A DNA stretch of 63,040 bases, filler included, from Reclinomonas americana ATCC 50394 (taxonomy: Eukaryota): assembly GCA_048213135.1 (NCBI GenBank). It is 6 parts of 3 records of this genome, joined end to end, with 100 filler letters (N's around TTAATTAATTAA, not from the genome) between each part and the next. Parts side by side here need not be neighbours in the genome. Positions count along the whole stretch, not along the records: positions 1 to 21,915 come from PS015021.1; positions 22,016 to 48,257 come from PS015021.1; 4 more parts are not named here. One strand, given 5' to 3'. The position numbers and the translations under genes were made by a program. Positions 11,148-23,342 of this stretch are shown here, piece by piece. Under the pieces are notes generated by a model, which saw only the letters and a program-made list of their open reading frames with translations, was not told where the DNA came from and ran no database searches. Position 1 is the first letter of the stretch, and each line of letters opens with the position of its first letter.

Positions 11148-12065
11148 NNNNNNNNNNNNNNNNNNNNNNNNNNNNNNNNNNNNNNNNNNNNNNNNNNNNN
11201 NNNNNNNNNNNNNNNNNNNNNNNNNNNNNNNNNNNNNNNNNNNNNNNNNNNNNNNNNNNNNNNNNNNNNNNNNNNNNNNNNNNNNNNNNNNNNNNNNNNN
11301 NNNNNNNNNNNNNNNNNNNNNNNNNNNNNNNNNNNNNNNNNNNNNNNNNNNNNNNNNNNNNNNNNNNNNNNNNNNNNNNNNNNNNNNNNNNNNNNNNNNN
11401 NNNNNNNNNNNNNNNNNNNNNNNNNNNNNNNNNNNNNNNNNNNNNNNNNNNNNNNNNNNNNNNNNNNNNNNNNNNNNNNNNNNNNNNNNNNNNNNNNNNN
11501 NNNNNNNNNNNNNNNNNNNNNNNNNNNNNNNNNNNNNNNNNNNNNNNNNNNNNNNNNNNNNNNNNNNNNNNNNNNNNNNNNNNNNNNNNNNNNNNNNNNN
11601 NNNNNNNNNNNNNNNNNNNNNNNNNNNNNNNNNNNNNNNNNNNNNNNNNNNNNNNNNNNNNNNNNNNNNNNNNNNNNNNNNNNNNTCTCTCTCTCTCTCT
11701 CCTCCCTCCCTCCTCCTCCTCCTCCCTTCCTTCCTACTACTCTCTCCTTCCCTCCTCCTCCTCCCTTCCCCCTTCCCCCCCTTCCCCCCGTTCCCCCTCC
11801 CCTCCCTCCTCTCTCTCTCCCTCCCCTCCCCCCCCCCCCCCCCCACCCACCTCACCTCCTCCCAATCCCCGCGCGCAAGCATGGGCGCCTCCACCGCATC
11901 ACTCTGCACCACCGTGGCGCGCGCGTGCACCGCGTCATCATCCGCAAACGGTCGCCCGTCCGCCATCAGCTCCCCAAAGCGCCGACTGCCGGAGCACGCA
12001 GAGAAGGCCTCCTCCACGCGCTGCCGACTCCACTCCTCGTTGAGCTCACGCAACACGCTCGTCAT
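8819..12065 (-). CDS. uraD: OHCU decarboxylase (urate-to-allantoin pathway), 187 aa; exons 12065-11856, 10960-10900, 10831-10650, 8929-8819
   Basis: Motifs EAFAAHPEIG, LNAAYREKFGRVFLICVTGRTADEMLE and RL...E...A..QE..I..LR..KL. All three junctions are phase-consistent. Confidence 0.92.
8985..10605. repeat. Intronic (CTCGTCT/CTCGCCT)n heptamer minisatellite, with gap
   Basis: Visible tandem ctctcgt/ctctcgc units filling intron 3 of the OHCU decarboxylase gene. Confidence 0.9.
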
Positions 12066-12119
12066 TCACACAAAAATGGGAAAGGGCTGTGTCGGAAAAA
12101 TACGGCCTGCAACCCTTGA

Positions 12120-13061
12120 GTAACCCGTGGCCAGTTTTACCGTAACTCGAAGTGAGCGAAGGAAGGTGGCCGGTGCATAACTCAGCCAACCATGCTGCAG
12201 AAGCAGCCGTGGAAATGCAATTGCAGTTCGCGATGCACAATTCGAATTCATGATGAATTCTTTTCCCGTTGTGCGCGTCACTATCATCAACGAGGCCTGT
12301 GGCTGCATGACAAGGAGAGCGGCAACTGCACTCTCCAAGAATGCATGCCAGGCTGGCCATGCCGGCTTCGCAGCTTCGAACACACAGGCAATTTCCATTT
12401 CAGTTTTGTTTTCCACTGCGCTCCGTTGTTTCCCAAGGTCTGGGCTGGAATCGGGTACAAGAGCAGTTATTGCCCTTGCAAGGAAACGGGCGATTTGTAT
12501 CGTGAAAGTCGCGCACAAGAAAATACATACTCAATTCGAATTCGAATTCACCAGTATCGAGATCGCGAGCTCAACGAGCACGTGTACGGCTGGCGACCCA
12601 ACTATATCTTCGTACAGGCAAACAGGACTGGAGAGCGAAGGAGAGCGCAGCTGCAATCTCACAACAGACCGCCCGCAATGCCAGGTATTCGAAATCTGTA
12701 AACTCGAATTCGCGACTCACAGGCAACTGCAATTCAGTTTTTCCTTCTCTTCCTGGCCCTACCACCCACGAAGCCTGGGTCTCGCACTTTTTACTCCGAC
12801 AGCAGCACCCTCACAGCAGAAAGCGTGCATTGCCTGCATTCAAATTCACTAAATTCAAGTTCGCCACCCACTGGCAATTCGAATTCATCTTTTCCTTCTC
12901 TTCCTGGCGCCACCATTAACAAGGCCTGCGACTCGCACCACGCACGTCCGCACCTGCTTCCCCACAACAAAGAAAACGCTTGATTTTTTCCTTCGCAGGG
13001 CAGTCCCGGAAAATCCCTCGCGCAACCCTCGTAACCCAGTTATTTTTTTCACATCGACAAC
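12120..13061. promoter_or_regulatory. Divergent promoter region between uraD and the PH-NmrA gene, with TTCGAATTC motifs and a ~65-bp imperfect direct repeat
   Basis: Head-to-head ATGs at 12065(-) and 13062(+). TTCGAATTC-like motifs at 12241, 12535-12549, 12704 and 12878. Direct repeat ~12722-12788 vs ~12873-12938. Confidence 0.45.
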
Positions 13062-16000
13062 ATGGCGTCGGGGTCGGCTGGTGGCGCAATCATCAAGGAG
13101 GGCTGGGGCACGAAGGAGGGCGGCAGCATCAAGTCGTGGAAGCGACGTGTTGCGTCACCGACACACACACACACTCTTGATTCAAAACACAGCGCGCGCT
13201 CACTCTTTTTTCATTCACAGTGGTTTGTGCTGACGGAGAACGAGCTGTCGTACTTTACCGACGAGCGCAAGACGTCGCGCAAGGGCGGCATTGACGTCAA
13301 CACGGCGACCTCGGCCGGTCCGCTGGAGGCGCACGCGGATCACGATAACGTGCTGGCGCTGACGGCCAGTGAGGCCGCTGGTGAGAGCAAACAACACAAG
13401 AGAGAGAGAGAGAGAGAAACTCCGAAATATGAGCGTGACTGCTCCGAGAGAGATGTTGTGTGTGTGCGCGTGATAGGGTGGTGTGTGTGTTGTGGCACGC
13501 AGCGGGGAAAATGCATGTTTCTGTCAGGTCACTCCCTTCTCCTCTCTCTTGTGCTCTCTGTCTCTCTCTGCTGCTCTCCTTTTCTCTCTGTGTGTGCTCA
13601 CTCGCTGTCACAACGCACCCTTGTGCATGACAAGCGGGGAAATGCAAGTGTTCTTTCTGTTCGTTTTGTGTGTCTCGCACGCACGCACTCAGCACGTGCC
13701 TTCCGCGCGTGTCTCTGCTTCTCTCTGTCTCTCTATGTGCGCGCGCGTGTGTGTGCGTGTCAAAAAGCAGCTTCGTTGCGCGTGCCTCACCTTTTTCGGA
13801 GTTTGTGCGAGGTTTGATCGTCGTGCGCGCGCACTCTTTCTCTCACTCACTCCCTCACTTCCTCCACTCTTGCACACACTCATTGTTGTTGACGTATGAT
13901 GCGTGCCCACTTTTGTGCACCAGTGGCTGGAAAAATGCACACGCATTGATGTCATCACACGCACACACTGCATTGCCGCCCTCTCTCCATCTCTCTCCTC
14001 CCACTATGCACACACACGTGCATTTGTGCGCCTGTGTGCAAAAAAGTGCGACATGTCGTGTTGACCGACATGCTCACTCTTTTTATTGTGTTTTGTGTTT
14101 TATGCTCAGGCGAGCGCACGTATTTCGTCTCGTTTGAGTCGCGTGCGTCGCGTGACGAGTGGGTCGACGCGGTCTCTCTGTGGATTCGCCGCCGTGAGGT
14201 CTGCCTGTCCTCAATGTTTTTTTTGTATCATTGCGGGTTCGGACTTATGCCCACTCTCTCTTTGCCTTTGTTGTATTTTTGTAGGCCAGTCGCGCCGGCA
14301 AGATTCTCATTCTGGGCGCCTCGGGCAAGATTGGTAACAATGTTGCGCGGCGTTTGTTGGTCTCGGGCGCCGATGTCACGGTCGGTGTGCGCAATCGCTT
14401 GAAGGTGAGCGAAGGGGTGGAAAGGGAAAGGAGAGAGGGGAGGAGGGGAGGAGGGAGGGAGAGAGGAGAGGAGGGAGGAGGGAAAGAGGAGAGGAAGGCG
14501 GGGAGGAAGGGAGGGCGTGGGTTGCATTTTCTTTCGCTCTCGTTGTCTCCCGCTCTGCTTTCTTTTCTCGCTCTCCTCACGTCTTGCTGCACTTTTGTTA
14601 CTCGTGTTTCTTGCTCCACTTACATATCGCTCTCCTCATGTCGCTCTCCCCCTGCATTTCGCTCTTCTTGCGTGTCACTCCCCTCGCACTTCGCTCTCCT
14701 TGCGTGTCGCTCCCTCCTCGCGTGTCGCTCCCTCCTCGCGTGTCGCTGTCTCCTCGCGTGTCTCGCTCTCGTCCCCTATGTCGCTTTCCTTGCGTGTAGC
14801 TCTCCTCGCGTGTCGCTCTCCTCGCGTGACGCTCTCCTCGCGTGTCGCGCTCTCGTCCCCCATGTCGCTTTCCTTGCGTGTAGCTCTCCTCGCGTGTCGC
14901 TCTCCCCTCGCGTGTCGCGCTCTCCTCGCGTGTCGCGCTCTCCTCGCATGTCGCGCTCTCCTCGCGTGTCGCGCTCTCCTCGCATGTCGCGCTCTCCTCG
15001 CGTGTCGTGCTCTCCTCGCGTGTCGTGCTCTCCTCGCGTGTCGCGCTCTCCTCGCGTGTCGCGCTCTCCTCGCGTGTCGCGCTCTCCTCGCGTGTCGCGC
15101 TCTCCTCGCGTGTCGCGCTCTCCTCGCGTGTCGCGCTCTCCTCGCGGTGTCGCGCTCTCCTCGCGGTGTCGCGCTCTCCTCGCCGTGTCGCTCTCTCCTC
15201 GCCGTGTCGCTCTCTCCTCACGTGTCGCTCTCCCCTCACGTCTCTCGCTCTCGTTGCGTCTCTCGCTCTCCTCGCGTCTGTCGCTCTCATCGCGCGTCGC
15301 TCTCCTCTCTGCCCCCTTTCCCCTTCTCCATTTCCGCTTCATCTCATCACTTTCCCCTTCTTCCCCCTTCTCCCCCACCTCCAGGCCGCCGCCTTGGAAG
15401 CCAAGGGCGCCAAGGTGCTGGAGATTGATCTGCGCCGCCCGGACAACCTGCGCGGCTTTGATCGCATTCTGCTGGTGCTGCCGTTCGAGTCGGACTTTGG
15501 TGCGCTCGGCGAGGGTGTGATTCGCGCGGCCGACGCCGCCAAGGTCAAACAGGTGGTCAAGATCTCGGCCGTGGGTGCCAGTGCGAATGCCGATCTCGAC
15601 ATTGGTCGTCAGGTGATTGAGTGCCGGGGTGACGGGACAGGGTAGGACGTCATTGTCTTACTCTGCCTTGCTCACATCGCAGCATGGCGTTGTCGACGAC
15701 CTCCTCCGCCGCTCGAGCATCCCGGAGTGGACGATCCTGCAGCCGAACTTCTTCATGGAGAACTACTTCACGTTCCACCTCAACTCCATCCTGTACGAGA
15801 ACCGCTTCTACGGCAATGCCGGTTCGTGACGTCCCTCCACTTCTCTCGCTCCTGTTCTCGCTCTCTCGCTCCTGTTCTCGCTCTCTCGCTCTCTCGCTCC
15901 TGTTCTCGCTCTCTCGCTCCTGTTCTCGCTCTCTCGCTCCTGTTCTCGCTCTCTCGCTCCTGTTCTCGCTCTCTCGCTCCTGTTCTCCCTCTTCTCGCTC

Positions 16001-18174
16001 CTCCTCTCGCTCCTCCTCTCGCTCCTCCTCTCGCTCCTCCTCTCGCTCCTCCTCTCGCTCCTCCTCTCGCTCCTCCTCTCGCTCCTCCTCTCGCTCCTCC
16101 TCTCGCTCCTCTTCTCGCTCCTCCTCTCCCTCTCTCGCTCCTCCTCTCCCTCTCTCGCTCCTCCTCTCCCTCTCTCGCTCCTCCTCTCCCTCCTCCCCTC
16201 GCCCTCACTCCCGTCCTCTCCCCCTTTCCCCTTTCCCTTAATAGGCACCGGCAAGTCCGCCTACGTCGCCGTGGACGACATTGGCGCGTGCGCCGTGGCC
16301 TGCCTGCTCGGCGGCCAGAAGCACGCCAAGAAGACGTACGTGCTGACGGGCCCTGCGAGCCTGAAGGAGTTCGACGTCAGCGACATGCTGACGGCGGCGC
16401 TGGGTCGTCGCATTTCGTACATTGACGTGACGCCCGAGGCGCGCATGGCGGCCATGCTGACGTACGGTGTGCCGCGCTGGCAGGCCGAGCAGGTGGTGGC
16501 GCTCGACGAGATCAAGAAGGCCGGGTATGCGGCCGAGGTCACGCGCGATGTGGAGAACATTCTGCGTCGCCCGGCCATCTCGCTGGGTGAGCTGCTGCAG
16601 CACCACGCGTCGCGCAAGTTTGTCGTTGCGTTTCCGCAGCTGAGGGACTTGATTTGTTCTTTGTTGTGTGTGCTCACACGCATGCGGGGGGAGCAGAAGC
16701 CGCGCATTTTGATTATTGGTGCGACGGGGAATGTGGGTGAGCCGGCGGCGCGCATGTTGTTGCAGCGGAATGCGGTGGTGCGGGTGGGAGTGCGTGATCC
16801 GACGAAGGTGGCGGGGGGGGGGGGGAAGGGGAAAGGGGAGAAAGGGTGGAAGGGGTAGAAGGGGGAGAAGGGGAAAGGGAAGGTGTGGAAGGGAGAAGGA
16901 GAAAGGGGGTAAAGGGGAGGGAGGAAGGGAGAATGAGAAGGAGAGCTTTGTAATCTTCCACCTCGCTTTCTGCCTCCTACCCCTGCGTGCTTATAAGTTG
17001 TCGTCATCCTTGCCTTTTCTCTGCGTGATTAACGTCAAAATGTCTTCACTTTGCTGTTGTGCCTTTTATCTCTCTGTATTACGTGCGTGTGCGTATGTTC
17101 TTTCTCGTGTCTATGCTTGTCATGCGTCTCTCTCTGTGCATGCGTGTGAATTTGTCGCTGTCTTACATGTGCTTTGTTTCTCTGATTGCATGAGTGTGTG
17201 TCGTCTTGTTTTCCGTCTCTTGCTGTCGCTCTCTGTGCGTGTGCGTATGTTTCGTTCTCTCACAGTATTCTGTCGCTTCATCGCGCACATTTTTCTGTCT
17301 AATGTTTTTCTGCCCACTTGTTGCCTCGCAAATTTTGCGTCTCATCTTCTCTCTCGCTCTCTCCAGTCGAGAATGTCACATTGTCTTACAACACTGTGAT
17401 TCTTGCTGTCTCTCTCTGTGCTTCCCTGTTCTTTTGTCAATTTTCTGTCTCCTGCTTCTCATTCTGTCTGCGTACAAGCGCGCACAGTTGCTCTCGTCGC
17501 GCTTCAAATCATTCTCGCTCTCTCTCTCTCTCTGAACCTGTCCCTGTTGCTCTCTCTCATTCTCCCCTTCCCCATTTCCCCCTTTCCCCAACTCCACAGG
17601 CCGCCGGTCTGCACGCCCTCGGTGCCGAGGTGGTGCGCATGGACTCGGAGGACCGCCATCAAGTGGAGGCCGCCATGGACGGCGTGAGCACGGTGGTGTA
17701 CATTGCTCCGTTTGTGGAGGAGATTGAGGACCAAGGCAAGCGCATTATCGACCAGGCGGAGCGCGCTGGTGTGACCACGTTCATCAAGCTGTCCACGACG
17801 GGCGCCAGTGCGAGCTCGCGTGTGTCGACCCTGCGTCAGGTGAGGCAATGAGGGGAAGAGGCAGTGAAGGGCAGTGAGGAGTAGTGTGTACATGAGGAGT
17901 GAGAGACGAGTGTGTGCAAAAGGCAGTGAGGGGAAAGAGAGTGTGTGCTCGAGGAGTGAGAGGCGAGTGTGTGAACGAGGCAGTGAGGAGAGGAGAGCGT
18001 GTGCGCGAGGAGTGAGAGGCGAGCGTGTGGAAAAGGCAGTGAGGGGAAGAGAGTTTGTGCGCGAGGTATTAGGCGAGTGTGTGGAAGAGGCAGCATGTGC
18101 CTGCTCAAGGACATCATGAAGACGGAGAGCGGGAGGGTGATCAGCCTCTTACATGTGCACTGCTTGTTATCTGC

Positions 18175-18212
<38 letters not shown>

Positions 18213-21200
18213 CCACTTTCTCTCTCATCCCCTTTTTCTCTCTCCCTCTTCTCTGATTCTTCTCGCCTTCATTTGTCTCCACACCCTCTCTTTTTCTTTC
18301 TTTCATTCTCTCTCTCTCTCTCTGTCGCGTCTCCGACTTTCTCTCTCATCCCCTATTTCTCTGTTTCTCTCTCTCTCCCTCGTTCTCTCATACACTTTTT
18401 TCTCTCCCATTTCTCTTCACTCGTCTCACCTTCACCTCTCTCTCTCTCTCATTCTCTTTCTTTCCCCCTTTCCTCCGACTCCTCTCGCCTTCACCTCTCT
18501 CTCTCTCTCTCATTCACCTGCCTCTTCCCTTGCCCCCTTCCCTTCCCTTTCCCACCACTCACCCTTGTTGTCCCTCCCCGCACGCAGCACGGCCTGATCG
18601 ACGACTTCCTCATCCAGTCGAGCATCACCAACTGGGTCATCCTGCAACCGGCCTTCTTCTTCGTCAACTACCTGGCGTCGGCGGCCACGGTGCGCGCCGC
18701 CAACAAGATGTTTGTCAACTCGGGTGCGTCTTGTTGTCGTGCGTGTCGAGCAGCTCTATGTGTTTGCTGAATGATCTCGCAGGTGTGGACTCGCGCTTCC
18801 CCGTGATTGACCCGCGCGACATTGCCGAGGTGATTGCCAAGCTGGCCATGATTGGACCGAGCGTGTGGAGCCGCCGCCCGATTCATCTGTCGGACACGAC
18901 GGTGAGTGGTTGGTGCATTTTCTGCTGCAGTTTATTGTTGCTCACAGCTGTTGTGTGCAGCCGACGAGCGATGCGCAGGTGGTGGAGATGCTGTCGGACA
19001 TTGTCGGGCACAAGGTGGAGGCGGTGGATATGGAGGAGTTGGCGCGCATTCGGATGTTGCAGGAACACCACGTGCCGGAGTGGATGGCGCGAGTTGAGTG
19101 GGAAGGGAGGGAAAGGGGGCCAGGGGAGAGAAGGGGGATGGAAAGGGAGAGGGAGAGGGAAAGGGAGAGGGAGAGGGAAAGGGACAGGGAAAGGGAAAGG
19201 GAGAGGGAAAGGGAGAGGGAGAAGGGCGAAAGAGAGAGAAAGGGGTGGGTGAGAGTGGGAGGAGAGGTGGGGAAGGAGACAGAATGTAGTGAGGCAGAGG
19301 GAACAGGGCGAGGGGCGAAACTGTGGTTGCTTATGGCAGAACTCTGTGGCCGTGCATATCCCTTCCGTTGTTCTTTCTGTTCGCTTTCCTCTTCGCCTCC
19401 ATTCTTATCCTGCACGTCTTTTCTTTCCTCGATGGTCCTTGGTCAAATGTCAAGGAGGGAGGGAAAGAGTGAGGAAATCAAAGGAGGAGAGGAGGGTACA
19501 AGAGGAGCGGCGAAAGTGTGATTGTGCTGTTGAACTCCGCTTGGTGTCCCGTTGTTCTTTCTGTTCGCTTTCCTCTCTGCCTTCATTTTTGTTCTGCAAG
19601 GAAGGAAGACAGAAAAAGAGGGAGACAGGAGAAGGAAAGGAGAAGGAAGGGAAAGTCAGGAGAAACGGAAGGAAGCGAGACGAGAGGAGATATGGGTGGA
19701 AGACAAGGATGTGAGATGAATGGAGTGAGTGAAGTAAGGAAGAGAAATTGAGGGAGGAGGAAAGAATGAGAGAATGCATGACGGCTAGTCCGAGAGAGGA
19801 AGGGAACGGAAGCGGGGATGGAGAAAGGAGAGATGAGAGGAAGGAGAGATGAGAGGAAAGAGTGATGGAGAAAGGAGGAGATGAGAGGAAGGAGAGATGA
19901 GATGAAGGAGAGATGAGATGAAGGGGAGATGAGGGGAAAGGAGAGATGGAGAAAGGAGAGAAGAGAGGAAGGAGAGATGAGAGGACGGAGAGGTGAGAGG
20001 AAAGGAGAGATGGAGAAAGGAGAGATGGAGAAAGGAGAGATGAGAGGACGGATGAGAGGACGGAGAGATGAGAGGACGGAGAGGTGAGAGGAAAGGAGAG
20101 ATGGAGAAAGGAGAGATGAGAGGACGGAGAGATGAGAGAACGGAGAGGCGAGAGGAAAGGAGAGATGGGAGGAAGGACATATGGAGAAAGGAGAGATAAG
20201 AGGAAGGAAACAGAAGAAGAATGACAAACATGCATGAACACCACAGCTTCTTTTCCTGATTTCTGCCTTCCCCATTATCCCCACGCCCCCTTCTTCTCCC
20301 GCTTCACTCATTCGACACCCTCGTCTCTTCTGCCCTCCTTCTGTCTCACTCTTTCTCCCCCCTTTCCCCTCCCCTTTCCACTTCCAGGTCATTTGCGGCC
20401 TCGACGAGATGAAGCGCCGCGGTGAGTTCCAGGCGGCGAGCCAGGACCTGGCTGAGATTCTCGGCCGCCCGCCGCGCACTCTTCGCGACTTTTTCATTGA
20501 GCACGGCAAGGAGTTCCAGGTTTCGTCACTCTTTTTACTCACGTCGATTGCACACACGCGCTGACGTCATCACTCCACCGCGCAGGACTTCAGCAAGGTC
20601 AAGTTCCTCGTGTACGGAGCCAACGGCAAGGTCGGCAGCCGCGTGGCGCGTCGTCTGTTGGAGCAAAAGGCGCACGTGCGTGTCGCCGTGCGTGATGTGC
20701 ACAAGGTTTGGTGTGGTTTCAGAGGTGAAATGATAATCAGCGGTTATTGACACTTTTTATTCCTCTTATGGCAGGCCGATGAGCTGCGTCGCTTGGGTGC
20801 CGAGATTGTTCAGTCGGGACTGGAGGACCGAGAGAGTGTGCACCGTGCCATGAATGGCATCCAGCGCCTGTTCCTCTTTGTGCCGTTTGCTGACGAGCGC
20901 ACCATGGCTGAGGTCTTGTGTTGTGCTTGGCTTTGCTTACTTGGCTGCGCACTCTGAACTTCGCTCTCTTTTTCGTGGTACAGACTGCCCAGAACGCCAT
21001 CACCGCGGCCAAGGCGGCCGGCGTCGAGCACGTGGTCAAGCTGTCGGGCGCGGGTGCTGCGCCTGACTCGCCAGTCGCCATTGGCCGCAAGGTTGGACTC
21101 GTGAAGCGAGCTGATTAGCGGGCTTGATCTTAACTCACTTTGTTGCTTTGCGGTGCAGCACGGTGCTGGCGACCAGCTGCTGCGACGCGAGATCCAGTCG

Positions 21201-21544
21201 TGGACCGTTGTCCGACCGACCATGTTCCAGGTGTGTGTGTGTGTGTGTGTGACTGATGAGATGGGGTGTGTCACCAGTGTCTGATCATGTTGAGCAGGAG
21301 AACTTTGCGCAAAACGACGCCGTGACCATCAAGACTGCCGATGCCATCTTCAACAGCTCTGCCGACGGTGCGTGCGGATACGTGGCGGTGGATGACATTG
21401 GCGATGTGGCAGCGGAGGCTCTGCTGAACCCGGCCAAGCATCGCGGAAAGGTGTGCGGAGAGGGTGGGATGGGAAGACGAGAATGTGATGAGTTGCTCAC
21501 ATTGGGATCTGTTTTTACAGGCGTACGATCTGACTGGCCCGGAG
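13062..21544 (+). CDS. PH domain fused to three tandem NmrA-like (atypical SDR) domains, 3'-partial; exons 13062-13148, 13221-13380, 14110-14198, 14285-14404, 15385-15612, 15683-15821, 16245-16624, 16697-16807, 17600-17839, 18588-18723, 18783-18901, 18961-19092, 20388-20519, 20586-20705, 20775-20912, 20984-21091, 21159-21230, 21298-21450, 21521-21544
   Basis: PH: IKEGWGTKEGGSIKSWKRRWFVL...RTYFVSFESRASRDEWVDAV. Three Rossmann motifs: ILILGASGKIG, ILIIGATGNVG and FLVYGANGKVG. Each is followed by a VKxS/IKLS motif, a WxxLQPxFF/WTVVRPTMF motif and a VAVDDIG/IDPRDIA motif. Continuous frame across 18 GT-AG introns. Confidence 0.88.
14690..15305. repeat. Intronic 18-bp minisatellite (CTCCTCGCGTGTCGCGCT)n
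   Basis: More than 15 near-perfect tandem copies in intron 14405-15384. Confidence 0.9.
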
Positions 21545-21959
21545 GTTTGTAGTGATGCTCGACTTTGTGTCCTTTCTCTCTCTCCGCTCGCTGCGCGTCG
21601 TTTCTCTCCTCCCTCCGTTCGTTGCGCTTCGCTTCTCACCTTCTTCGCTCGTTGCGCTTCGCTTCTCGCTCTCCGCTCGTTGCGCTTCACTTTTCTCTCT
21701 CTCCGCTCGTTGCGCTTCACTTTCTCTCTCTCCGCTCGTTGCGCTTCACTTTTCTCTCTCTCCGCTCGTTGCGATTCGCTTTTCTCCTTCTCCGCTCGCT
21801 GCGCTTCGCTTCTCTCTCTCTCTCCGCTCGTTGCGCTTTGCTTCTCTCTCTCTCCGCTCGTTGCGTCTTCGTCTTCTCTCTCTCTCCGTCTCGTCGCGTC
21901 TCGTCTTCTCTCTCTNNNNNNNNNNNNNNNNNNNNNNNNNNNNNNNNNNNNNNNNNNNN

Positions 21960-21971
21960 TTAATTAATTAA
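21960..21971. other. Artificial scaffold-joining linker TTAATTAATTAA (also at 48302-48313, 51868-51879, 55269-55280, 58233-58244)
   Basis: Identical 12-mer with stops in all six frames, each flanked by ~44 Ns. Confidence 0.95.
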
Positions 21972-22018
21972 NNNNNNNNNNNNNNNNNNNNNNNNNNNNN
22001 NNNNNNNNNNNNNNNCCC

Positions 22019-22062
<44 letters not shown>

Positions 22063-22572
22063 CCCTCCCTGCTCATTCTGCGTGTCTTTTTGGTTCATCC
22101 TCTCTCTCTCTCTGTTTCTGACACCCGACATTCAACCGCGTGCGTCACAACAACAACCTTTGATTAGTTTTCCTGTTTTGTTGTGTGTGTGTGTGTGTGT
22201 GTGTATGTGTGTGTGTGTGTGTGTGCCTGATCGCCCGCAATACTGCTCTCCCCCTCTTTCTCCTCTCGTTGTCTGCCTCTCTCTCTCTCCACTGCATGCC
22301 AAAGTGGCGGAGAAAGTTTTGCATGCAAGATTCACTGGGAGTTGTCTTCCGATCTGTCTTTCCTCACTCTGTGCCTGTAGGCAGCATGCTGCTCAGTTGA
22401 TCGCGCAGCACGAATACTCGTGTCGTGTGTGCTCCTCCTTTCTTTGTGAAGAAAGACATCGTCGCATGTCTTCCCCTTTCCTGCATTTGTGCTGTTCTCT
22501 CTCACAACTTCCCTCCCTCTCCATCTCCCTCCCTCCTTCTTCGTTCCTCACCTCCAGATCCCCATTCCGCAG

Positions 22573-23297
22573 TCGTCCTCTCTCCCTCCGCCATCGCCAT
22601 CAAGGCCGGCATCCCCGACCAGGTGGTCGACATTGCCGTCACGAATGTCGGCGGCGGCACTTCGTTCTCTTCCTCGTCGTCGATCGCCGTCTTCGCGAAT
22701 ATCGACTGCACCGGGTCGTCGCCCAGCAGTGCCACTAGCGTCGCAGCCATCTCGGGTGGTGGCAGCACCAGCATCACTCTGTCTGCCGCGACTGACACCA
22801 ACGGAGGAACGCGCTTCATCTGCGTGGATCTGGACGGTGCAGGCGGCGCGGCAAATTCCCCTGTCTTTGTCGGCACTCTCTTTGTCTGTTGCGTGGTCAT
22901 TAGTTGGCGCATCATGGGTCGTCTCATCGATATCACGTGCAGCAAGCTCATTGTTGGCATGCCATCGCAGACAAATCGGTTCCCGCAACACGATTGAGTG
23001 ACCACACCATCGTGTCCGGCCTCGCGGACCATCGCATCGTGGTCCATGGCAGCTCGTTCCCGAATCTGGCGACTGGTCCGGGTGCGTCGTTTGCGCTGTA
23101 CGCGACAAGCGACTGTACGGGTGCCGTGGCCAACACCAGTGTGGCGTACGTGAGCAGCACCGCCGATGGCAGCAGCATTACGTTTAGTGTGAGCACTGCG
23201 ACATCGTTTGGAGAGGGTTCGCGCGGTGCAATGGCGACCGGCACTTGCGCGCCCGCCTCATCCGGCGCGTACTCTCTATGTGGCAAGTTGCGGCAGT

Positions 23298-23342
<45 letters not shown>

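Noticed and set aside
14690-16200. Regular short repeats as possible CRISPR arrays
   Set aside because: They are head-to-tail tandem units with no unique spacers, inside spliceosomal introns, and there are no cas genes.
21580-21900. Many GTTGCG copies in an intronic minisatellite
   Set aside because: They are part of a CTCCGCTCGTTGCGCTTC repeat with no exon context, so I did not count them as donors.
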